DNA from: Deltaproteobacteria bacterium
Lineage (GTDB): Bacteria; Bdellovibrionota; FAC87; UBA2466
Direction of reading: 5' to 3'
DNA: 64,000 bases
Assembly: GCA_900299195.1 (NCBI GenBank)
Contig: OMIX01000089.1
Location: 2,892-66,891, forward strand
The position numbers and the translations under genes were made by a program. The notes beneath the pieces are model-generated. The model had not been told where the DNA came from, did no database searches, and saw only the letters and a list, made by a program, of their open reading frames with translations. Shown here piece by piece: positions 56,716-64,000 of the stretch (position 1 is the stretch's first letter; every line of letters starts with the position of its first letter).

Positions 56716-57642
56716 ATGGTAAAACTACGGGGTTTTCGTATGGCACATTCTGAAAAATTTGAATTCAAAAAGCTCACTCCAAGAGCCCGCCCTGTTCTAA
56801 AATGGGCGGGTGGGAAGTCGCAACTACTCCCCCAACTTATTCCCTTTTTCCCTACCCAATTTAATCGTTATATTGAGCCTTTTCTGGGGGCTGGTTCCGT
56901 CTACTTTTCTTTAGATCCCAAATGCCCCGCCTTAATTAATGATGCCAATCCCGAACTTTATGAACTTTACCTTGTTTTGAGAGATCATCCGGCAGCTCTC
57001 TGCCGATTATTAGATAAATACTCAAGGAAATACTCAGAACAATTTTATTATGACCTTAGAGCTTCTCAACCCAGAAACCCCATCTCAAAAGCAGCACGTT
57101 TTATTTTTCTCAACAAGACAGGTTTTAATGGACTCTATCGCTTAAATTCAAAAGGCCACTTTAATGTTCCTTTTGGAAAGAGGGAAAAATGTCCCTTACT
57201 TTACGATGAGGAAAATATTAAACGAGTGTCGGAGCGTTTAAAAAAAAGTCAGATCAAAAATATGGATTTTGAAAAAGTCATTCGCTTAGCCAAAAAGGGA
57301 GATTTTGTTTATTGCGATCCCCCCTATTCCCCACTATCGAGAACTTCATCTTTCAACAGCTACACAGCAGGTGGTTTTTCTGACCAAGAGCAAAATCGCC
57401 TAAAAGAGGCCTGCGCAGAAGCAGCTCACCGAGGAGCTTTTGTGGCTGTTTCCAACTCTTCGGCCCCAATTATTTTAGAACTTTTTAAAGATTGGAAGAT
57501 ACACCTGATTAAAGCTCGACGAAGCATTAACTCTAAGAGCCATTTGCGCGGACCCATTCATGAGGTTTTGACGACCTCCTGGGACTTTAAAAAAAATCAC
57601 TTTAATTCAAATCATCCGGGCCGACCACTTTTCCATCTGTGA
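56716..57642 (+). CDS. dam: Dam-family DNA N6-adenine methyltransferase (orphan)
   Basis: 'LKWAGGKSQLLPQL' SAM-binding N-terminus, catalytic 'DPPY' ('YCDPPYSP'); no adjacent restriction endonuclease. Confidence 0.85.
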   Translation: MVKLRGFRMAHSEKFEFKKLTPRARPVLKWAGGKSQLLPQLIPFFPTQFNRYIEPFLGAGSVYFSLDPKCPALINDANPELYELYLVLRDHPAALCRLLDKYSRKYSEQFYYDLRASQPRNPISKAARFIFLNKTGFNGLYRLNSKGHFNVPFGKREKCPLLYDEENIKRVSERLKKSQIKNMDFEKVIRLAKKGDFVYCDPPYSPLSRTSSFNSYTAGGFSDQEQNRLKEACAEAAHRGAFVAVSNSSAPIILELFKDWKIHLIKARRSINSKSHLRGPIHEVLTTSWDFKKNHFNSNHPGRPLFHL

Positions 57643-58279
57643 GAGTAATCACTCTGTCAGCAAACTTAATCACCCTGGGATCGTGGGATGAAAAAATAAA
57701 AGTAGTCCCATTAATTTCGTTAAGCCTTTGAAAAAGCTGTAAAAGCATTTCTGCAGTGGCAGCATCTAGATTAGCGGTAGGTTCATCAGCAAAGACGATT
57801 TTAGGTTCAGTCACCATGGCACGAGCCACTGCGACCCTTTGTTGTTGGCCTCCAGAAAGCTCCGCAGGCTTTCTATGTTCTAGACCTTGCAACCCAACCT
57901 CCTTGATCCACTCTTTGGCTTTTTGGAGTCGTTCATTACGTTTCATTCCCTTTAAGGCCAAAGGATATTCCACATTTTCTAAAACTGTCAGCACGGGAAA
58001 TAAATTATAGGATTGAAAAATAAAACCGACTTGTCCGCGTCTTAACTCCAGAACTTCATCCGAATTCAAATACTTCAGGGATTGCTCTAATAACTTCACC
58101 TCTCCAAGACTAAAGTCATCGAGCCCAGCCGCAATATTTAATGCTGTAGTTTTTCCCGAGCCTGAGGGACCCGCTAAAGCGATCAACTCCCCTTTTTGTA
58201 TCGAAAAACTCACATTGTGGATTCCAGCTTTATCCTGACCATAAACTTTACTCACTTCATTAAACTCAAGAATATTCAT
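57602..58279 (-). CDS. lolD: lipoprotein-releasing ABC ATPase LolD (start at 'MNILEF'; the longer ORF to 58384 overlaps lolC/E)
   Basis: Walker A 'GPSGSGKTT', signature 'LSGGQQQRVAVARA', Walker B 'VFADEPT'; ATG overlaps the lolC/E stop by 1 nt. Confidence 0.8.
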   Translation of the reverse strand: MNILEFNEVSKVYGQDKAGIHNVSFSIQKGELIALAGPSGSGKTTALNIAAGLDDFSLGEVKLLEQSLKYLNSDEVLELRRGQVGFIFQSYNLFPVLTVLENVEYPLALKGMKRNERLQKAKEWIKEVGLQGLEHRKPAELSGGQQQRVAVARAMVTEPKIVFADEPTANLDAATAEMLLQLFQRLNEINGTTFIFSSHDPRVIKFADRVITLTDGKVVGPDDLN

Positions 58280-59523
58280 TAATGACTCCTTAGCGCTTTC
58301 ATGGGCGTTAAATTTCCTGCGTGTTTGGCTGGAAAATACGAAACTAAAAGAGCTAAACACAGGATGACACTGGTCACTACCCAACTGTTGTATAACCTCA
58401 CGGTGGGGTAACTGATCGTTTGAACTACGGCCCCTTGAATCACAAAGTCTTTAGAAGTGAGCCATCTCAAATCAAAGCCAATCTGGTTAAAAAAGCCCGT
58501 CACAAACCACCCAAATACATTTCCCACTAGCACACCCACTAAGGTGAGTAACATCGTCTCAACAACTACCATTTTAATGACCTCGTCCCTAGCGGTTCCT
58601 ATCGCCAACATCACACCAAATTCCCGAGTTCTTTCCATAATGCTCATGAGAATAGAGTTAGCAATTCCAAGAGCCGCCACACAGAGAATCAAAATCATCA
58701 GAAGTCGATTCACTGCCCTATCCAGTTCGATCATGGCTACCACTGGCCGTTGTAGTTCCTTCCATGAAAAAATTTCTATTTGCGAACCCACAGAGAACCC
58801 CTTTTCAAACAACTCTTTAAACCCTGCGGTTTTTTCTTCTTGTTTCAGAATAACCGCAATCTGATGAAAACTTTGTTCTCCCAAACTGAGAATAGATCGT
58901 GCGTCCTCTAAAGAAATAAACCCCACCGATTTGTCAGCATCAGATTCGGTCTCAAAAATTCCGCTCACAAAAAACAGCTCATTTCCTACGGAGCCATCTA
59001 CACCTTGGGTGAGCACTACAAGTTTTGAACCGATATCGGCCGATAAAGTTTCGGCTGTTTTACTCCCAATCACAATGGAATGACTTTTAGGCGCTATCAA
59101 AAATTCACCCTTAATCATTTTTTGGGAAAAAGCGGTGACTCTGGCTTCGTTTTTTGAATTAACCCCCATCACCCATAAATTGCTTGAGCCACGAGCTGAA
59201 GATAACATCGCAGAAAGAACAACCCGCTCGCTATGAGCTTCCACATCTGAACGCGATTGAATCCACTGGTTCACTGCCGAGCCATCTTTAATGAAAATTT
59301 GGGTTGAGTTGTTCTTTTCAAATCCTTGAGCTGAAATAGCCAAGTGGCCACTGTGATATCGGATCACGTTATGTATGACCTGCTCATGAAAGGTATCATA
59401 ATAATTACGGAGAAAAACAAGAGCCATGACCCCAAGTCCGATAGCATTGATCGTAATAAACGTTCTTCGTTTATTTCTCCAAATGTTCTTCCAGCATAAC
59501 TTTAAGAAATAAGTATTCATCAT
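58279..59523 (-). CDS. lolC: lipoprotein-releasing system permease LolC/LolE (FtsX-like)
   Basis: N-terminal TM helix, large periplasmic domain, C-terminal 3-TM FtsX domain; 414 aa. Confidence 0.8.
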   Translation of the reverse strand: MMNTYFLKLCWKNIWRNKRRTFITINAIGLGVMALVFLRNYYDTFHEQVIHNVIRYHSGHLAISAQGFEKNNSTQIFIKDGSAVNQWIQSRSDVEAHSERVVLSAMLSSARGSSNLWVMGVNSKNEARVTAFSQKMIKGEFLIAPKSHSIVIGSKTAETLSADIGSKLVVLTQGVDGSVGNELFFVSGIFETESDADKSVGFISLEDARSILSLGEQSFHQIAVILKQEEKTAGFKELFEKGFSVGSQIEIFSWKELQRPVVAMIELDRAVNRLLMILILCVAALGIANSILMSIMERTREFGVMLAIGTARDEVIKMVVVETMLLTLVGVLVGNVFGWFVTGFFNQIGFDLRWLTSKDFVIQGAVVQTISYPTVRLYNSWVVTSVILCLALLVSYFPAKHAGNLTPMKALRSH

Positions 59524-59530
59524 GTAACCT

Positions 59531-60334
59531 TTAGAGCTTATCGGAATCCATCGATTCTTTTGACCATCCCGAATCTAAATTGAGAGCGTTGTGAGCTGAT
59601 TCTCTGAGCTTTTCCCGCTCAAACCATTGAGGATGGACTTTCTTATCAAAAATCATCTTTTCGTAGGTCACAATCGTTTGATCCTTAGGAGAACTCGTAT
59701 TTCGAATTTTCAAAACCGTCGGAACAACTCGATCATCCATTTTTCTAAACGAAGATAAAGTCAACGTTCTCACTAATTGGCCTTTTTCATCGTAATAATC
59801 TTCTTTAACCGGCAAATGGTCACTCACTCTTGCCCAATAATTAATTTTTCCCCAAACAACCGGGGCATTAGTCTTAGGTAAACACTCAATCAAATGAACT
59901 TTTTCATTTCCGATTTTTTCGGTTCTGACCCAACGGTGAGTGTAGTCTACCGATAATGAACTCAGTTTCATCAAGTCATCATTGGTGAAATCACTTCCCA
60001 TCCAAGATTGCAGCATGACTGAAGTAGGAATTCGAACCGTTTGATCTGTTTTAGGAAAGAAATTCCACATTTGGTTATCTACTCTCAGAGAGGCAATCCC
60101 TTTCTCTTTGGCAGGAGCAAGAATGGATACCATCGACCGATTTTTTCCTACCGTCCAGGATCTCAGTCTCAACTCTCTTTGATAACTTTCATGTTCAATG
60201 TTCATTTTCATGAGGGTTTGTGTTGAGCGTCCTCTAAGAAGGGATTCCCCTCTTTCTACTATTTCAGTCGGATTGGGTGCCGAAAAAAGCCCCCCACTGA
60301 ATAATACGGTTAATAATAAAACGGTGTTTTTCAT
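59531..60334 (-). CDS. outer-membrane lipoprotein-sorting protein (LolA-like family)
   Basis: Signal peptide, about 260 aa, position immediately downstream of lolC-lolD. Confidence 0.55.
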   Translation of the reverse strand: MKNTVLLLTVLFSGGLFSAPNPTEIVERGESLLRGRSTQTLMKMNIEHESYQRELRLRSWTVGKNRSMVSILAPAKEKGIASLRVDNQMWNFFPKTDQTVRIPTSVMLQSWMGSDFTNDDLMKLSSLSVDYTHRWVRTEKIGNEKVHLIECLPKTNAPVVWGKINYWARVSDHLPVKEDYYDEKGQLVRTLTLSSFRKMDDRVVPTVLKIRNTSSPKDQTIVTYEKMIFDKKVHPQWFEREKLRESAHNALNLDSGWSKESMDSDKL

Positions 60335-60554
60335 AGAATCCCCCCCTAATACCCCAAATGATTAATCTAAAAGTTTTAGACCGTGATTAGGGGACGGTGT
60401 GCTTTTTGTTAATGTGACAACATTTAATTAAAAACAGCATAACTAATTGAAATAATGAAATAATTTAAACTATCATCCTTATTGAAAAAACCATTATTAT
60501 GCGTTGCATAAATATGTTTATTTTGTTACAACGCGGGGCATTCAGGAGGGGCGA

Positions 60555-62711
60555 ATGGCTTTATTTCGAGCTGCGAAAGTAGGTTTTCTCTTTCTCACTT
60601 GTTTTTCGATAGGGGCCATCGCCAAAGAGACTCTTTACTCCAAACTTCCTATTCCCGCTAATTGCGAATCTGACTATCAAAAAGGAAATGAAAAAATCGC
60701 TCATCTGGTAAGCCAAGGCTTTGACCTAGGCAAAAGAGGCGAAACTATTGCAGAGTTAGACAACGCCCTTGAAACCTATCCCCAAGAAAGTCCCTGTCGT
60801 TTTTATTTCTCTGTGGGAATGTTTGATGCTCAGGCCCTTCTTCAGCAAATGGCTTCGCTTGAGTATTTTCTCGAGTTAGATCAAATCAAAATAAATCAAC
60901 AAACTCACACTTTGATTGGAGTTCAAAGTCTTTATCGAGAACGATTTCAAAAACTAGGACTGGATCCGAAATCCCTTCTTAGCCTCCAAAAAGATGAAAA
61001 ACTTAGGACAGAAGCCGTTCGAAATATTTCTGACAATTTAAACAAACTAGCCGACGAAAAATCAGAAGCTATTTTTTTAGGTCGGTTTGTTTTTGTGGGC
61101 CACTCAATGCCCGTTTTCACCCTTTTTGACTACGATTTCGAACCTTCGGGCAAAATAAAGGTCGGGGATAACCATCAAGAGCTGATTCTAGAAGGTTCCT
61201 ATCCCAGAATTGCAAAAATAAACTTCGAAAAAGCTATTGCAGTAGCTAAAGAATATTTAGAATGGCGACCGAGTTTGTTTTTTGGAGAAGACTCATTCTG
61301 GCGAGGGGCTTGGTGGAGATATTTTGGTTCCCCGTATGAAAAATCATTAAGAGAAGTTAAGCAGGAAGGGTACGATCGACTTTTTTTAAGCCACATTAGC
61401 TTTGCTAGAAAACTTCGTTTGGGCACGGATGAATATTTAAAAATCTACCAGCTCATGCTCAACAAAGAGAAAGCGGTTCTAGCTCGAGAATTAAACACTT
61501 ACGAAAAAATGTACAAATACCGCTGGGCTCCAGTCCTTATCCCTGTAGGTATGTACGTCGGCTCGGCTTTATTGGTTAAAAGCACTTTGTTTGCGGCCTT
61601 ACCTTCGGGAACTACTTCTTTCAGTTTCGTGGGGGGCAGCTTAGGTTTGGCTACTAACGCTTCAGCAGCTGTGAGTCTTCTGACTCTTAGTACTTACTCA
61701 GGCCTGGGGGCGAGAGCCGCCTACATGGATTACCAAACGCGCAAAGCTCAAGGACTTCCTTTTAAGACGTCTGATGTTTTCGACTATGTGGTAGGAGCGA
61801 CTTATCAAGCGTTTCCCTTGGCGGCGATTATGCCAGTCATTGTGGGAGGAGCTGTCTACAGTGCTCATGAAGCTTTTATTGCCGCCAAAAGTTTGTTAAG
61901 TAGCACCATCTCCATGGGGAAATCGATCCAAACCTTAGGTTATCAAGGCTCCCTACAGGCCGCTAAAAGCTATTTAATCCAACTCCCTGGAAAACTGGTA
62001 ACTCTTCCCCAGTTTGTGGCTCAAAAGTGGCTTGAATCCTGGTACAAAAATCCCAAAATACTCCTTAGCAATTATGGAGCTGATATCCTAATGACTCTCA
62101 TCTTTGATTGCGGTTATCGACAAGTGAATTTGGAGGGACAGGATGTTTGTGTTTGGAAAGATGAAAACGGAACCCACGTTAACTCTCAATTTCTCTACTC
62201 TCTCTCCTCTACAGTGATTGTGGGTGGAATTTCCAAGCCCGTTACGCTCATTCCCTCGTTTGGTGCTCGCTGGATGACCTACCGGGGAGTAACTTTGCTC
62301 AGTGGTATTGTCAGTCAGCTCATCGTGAGCGGCCATTTAGATGAAAAAAGATTGCTGTTCGATCAAGTGTACGGTGCTGGTCCTTCAAGCGCTAAAGGCG
62401 AGTTTGAGCGTTACATTAGAATGAGTGACTGGGTTCAAAGTCGTTCTACGGTTGAGCAAACTATTCTGCTCATCGCACTGAGAGCCCTGGTACTCTCGCC
62501 CATTGAATCGCCCATCAAAATTTATTTCTTAGATCGGTTTGTCAAAGGACAACTGAGACCTGTTCAAGAGCTCAAAAACTTAATGAAAGATGTAGTTCAG
62601 ATCAGCATCGATGATCTTGATGATGTCGCTGTGGAGCAAGCTATTGAGGCCCTAAGAAATGAAAAAGAGGTTATTGAAGCAATAACCTCTTCTTACAAAC
62701 CTTCTAACTAA
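60555..62711 (+). CDS. large hypothetical protein with central hydrophobic/Gly-Ala-rich membrane region (start at 'MALFRAAK' preceded by a GGAGG SD)
   Basis: SD 'CAGGAGGGG' 5 nt upstream of ATG 60555; signal-like N-terminus; no known motif. Confidence 0.5.
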   Translation: MALFRAAKVGFLFLTCFSIGAIAKETLYSKLPIPANCESDYQKGNEKIAHLVSQGFDLGKRGETIAELDNALETYPQESPCRFYFSVGMFDAQALLQQMASLEYFLELDQIKINQQTHTLIGVQSLYRERFQKLGLDPKSLLSLQKDEKLRTEAVRNISDNLNKLADEKSEAIFLGRFVFVGHSMPVFTLFDYDFEPSGKIKVGDNHQELILEGSYPRIAKINFEKAIAVAKEYLEWRPSLFFGEDSFWRGAWWRYFGSPYEKSLREVKQEGYDRLFLSHISFARKLRLGTDEYLKIYQLMLNKEKAVLARELNTYEKMYKYRWAPVLIPVGMYVGSALLVKSTLFAALPSGTTSFSFVGGSLGLATNASAAVSLLTLSTYSGLGARAAYMDYQTRKAQGLPFKTSDVFDYVVGATYQAFPLAAIMPVIVGGAVYSAHEAFIAAKSLLSSTISMGKSIQTLGYQGSLQAAKSYLIQLPGKLVTLPQFVAQKWLESWYKNPKILLSNYGADILMTLIFDCGYRQVNLEGQDVCVWKDENGTHVNSQFLYSLSSTVIVGGISKPVTLIPSFGARWMTYRGVTLLSGIVSQLIVSGHLDEKRLLFDQVYGAGPSSAKGEFERYIRMSDWVQSRSTVEQTILLIALRALVLSPIESPIKIYFLDRFVKGQLRPVQELKNLMKDVVQISIDDLDDVAVEQAIEALRNEKEVIEAITSSYKPSN

Positions 62712-62745
62712 ATAGAGGGGCTGACCCACCGCCTCTCTTTCAGTT

Positions 62746-63198
62746 TTAGTAATCCTCAACTTCAATGAGTTCTTCGTCTTCTCGCAAACGATACACTAAA
62801 GCAGTTTCGATAGTCTTAGGTTTAAACGCTTTCTTGAGTTCGTTGTAAACCAAATCGGGATCAAAATCTTTACAGCTATAACAGTCAAAAGTGAAGAAGG
62901 GCTTAAAAATACGCCGCTGAATTCCCCTGGGTTTCGGCTTACCGTCTTTTTGACCTTTGGGGAAAGTATGAATGCTGATGTGACTGGTAGCGATGATGGC
63001 TGTTCCAGTGATACCAATATCAGGATGATCTTCTGGACGAACCTTGTAAACGATCGGTAAACCCATACGCTGCATTCCAATTTTGTCAGGTAAAGTCTTA
63101 AGAAAAGAATAAACAACATCAAAAGACATCAATGATTTTTTATCACAATCAAACCCGGAACACATTAAGTGGGGCCATCCTCGATAATTTTGGTCCAT
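62746..63198 (-). CDS. speH: pyruvoyl-dependent S-adenosylmethionine decarboxylase proenzyme (SpeH-type, small class)
   Basis: About 150 aa; 'ATSHISIHTFPK' matches the self-cleavage/pyruvoyl region of class 1 AdoMetDC. Confidence 0.65.
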   Translation of the reverse strand: MDQNYRGWPHLMCSGFDCDKKSLMSFDVVYSFLKTLPDKIGMQRMGLPIVYKVRPEDHPDIGITGTAIIATSHISIHTFPKGQKDGKPKPRGIQRRIFKPFFTFDCYSCKDFDPDLVYNELKKAFKPKTIETALVYRLREDEELIEVEDY

Positions 63199-63355
63199 CC
63201 ATTCATCTCCTTATAAAGCCAGACAGTGCCTGGATTTTTACGAATCAATGATTTTCTTTTTACTCTCTTATTTTGAATTTGCAATTATCAACTTACAGAA
63301 ATTTGAATTTTTTTTAAATTGTCATTTCAAGGTGGGTTAAGAGATAAATTCCTCT

Positions 63356-64000
63356 ATGAATCAGCTTGTAAAGGCCGAGGAGAGTTTACTCTATTTTAAC
63401 TCGGCCAATCTTTCCATTTGCCCACCTACCATTTTGGAAGCCACCGAGAGATATCGTCGAGAATTTGAAAAAAACCCCACTCAAGGACTTAAAAATGCTT
63501 GGAAACAACTGTGGCAAGTTCAAACCTCCCTCGCAGAGTTTTTTGGCGCTAGGCCTAAAGATCTTATTTTGAGAACTAACGTCACTGAAGTCCTTAATAC
63601 GTTCATTTTAGGTTACCCGTTACAGCCAAAAGATGAAATTTTGATAGGAGAACTCGAATACGGCGCGATTGGCAATATCTGTCAATTTAGGGCTCAACGA
63701 GACAACTTGAATTTAAGAGTATTAAAAATTCCACAAAGCCAGGCTGCTTTAGCATCGATGACCGAAGACAGCCTAGTGGATCTCATTTGCTCTCAATTCT
63801 CCCCCCAAACTCGGGTGTTAGTCATAAGTCATGTCATTGCGAGCCTAGGGTTAAAAATTCCCATTGAAAAGTTGGGTAAGACAACCCGGAAGTTAGGTAT
63901 CGCGCTCATTATTGATGGAGCCTATGCCCCAGGCGCCATCCCAATCAATTTTGAATGCTTGGATGAAATCGACTTTTATGGCTGCAGTCTTTACAAATGG
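63356..64000 (+). CDS. class V aminotransferase family protein (cysteine desulfurase / isopenicillin-N-epimerase-like), N-terminal part; runs off the window end
   Basis: Open frame from ATG 63356 to the window end; 'LIIDGAYAPG' and 'SLYKW' (PLP-lysine region) motifs. Confidence 0.6.
   Translation, partial: MNQLVKAEESLLYFNSANLSICPPTILEATERYRREFEKNPTQGLKNAWKQLWQVQTSLAEFFGARPKDLILRTNVTEVLNTFILGYPLQPKDEILIGELEYGAIGNICQFRAQRDNLNLRVLKIPQSQAALASMTEDSLVDLICSQFSPQTRVLVISHVIASLGLKIPIEKLGKTTRKLGIALIIDGAYAPGAIPINFECLDEIDFYGCSLYKW

Noticed and set aside
56716-57642. Dam methylase as part of a Type II restriction-modification system
   Set aside because: The flanking genes are kdsA and lolD, and there is no endonuclease-like ORF within several kb.
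62796-63122. 108-aa ORF overlapping speH in another frame
   Set aside because: It is fully embedded in the speH CDS on the same strand in a different frame and is likely spurious.
1-64000. CRISPR arrays, IS elements, integrases, rRNA genes
   Set aside because: No regularly spaced short direct repeats, no transposase, integrase or recombinase-like ORFs, and no rRNA-like sequence were seen on either strand.

Overview
This is a low-GC (about 40%) Gram-negative chromosomal segment. The gene content (gap-pgk-tpiA-secG, kdsA/gmhB, lolCDE plus a LolA-like sorting protein, glmS, and many exported hypothetical proteins) is compatible with a Bdellovibrionota-like (predatory) genome, but the taxon cannot be fixed from sequence alone. 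Most of the window is housekeeping: recQ, an ABC-F ATPase, glycolysis genes, two tRNAs, LPS/heptose genes, a polysaccharide export cluster and the Lol system. The features that stand out are listed here.

(1) A ~1.2-kb insert carrying an acyltransferase-3 (OafA-like) gene sits immediately downstream of glmS. It is bracketed by a 35-bp direct repeat (1 mismatch) that duplicates the 3' end of glmS.

(2) A signal-peptide-bearing Cys/Arg-rich 49-aa cationic peptide is encoded just upstream of a 589-aa exported protein of unknown function. The peptide gene is a GC-rich patch behind a long structured leader.

(3) Four consecutive minus-strand exported genes lie next to tRNA-Val/tRNA-Leu. They are a Pol-beta-fold nucleotidyltransferase with a Sec signal, a transglutaminase-like Cys-His-Asp protein translationally coupled to a signal-anchored Hanks-type Ser/Thr kinase, and secreted proteins with an internally duplicated domain.

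(4) A diheme cytochrome c peroxidase (CCP/MauG family) is translationally coupled to a small periplasmic His/Met-rich partner. This resembles an MbnP/MbnH-like pair.

(5) A 594-aa secreted protein carries two CxxCH motifs.

(6) Two paralogous FadL-type outer-membrane proteins carry long disordered C-terminal tails.

(7) A heptose-modifying glycan cluster (HddA-like kinase, GmhB-like phosphatase, Fcl-like reductase) lies far from the GmhA-like isomerase operon.

(8) An orphan Dam-family methylase sits between kdsA and lolD.

No CRISPR arrays, transposases, integrases or rRNA genes were seen.
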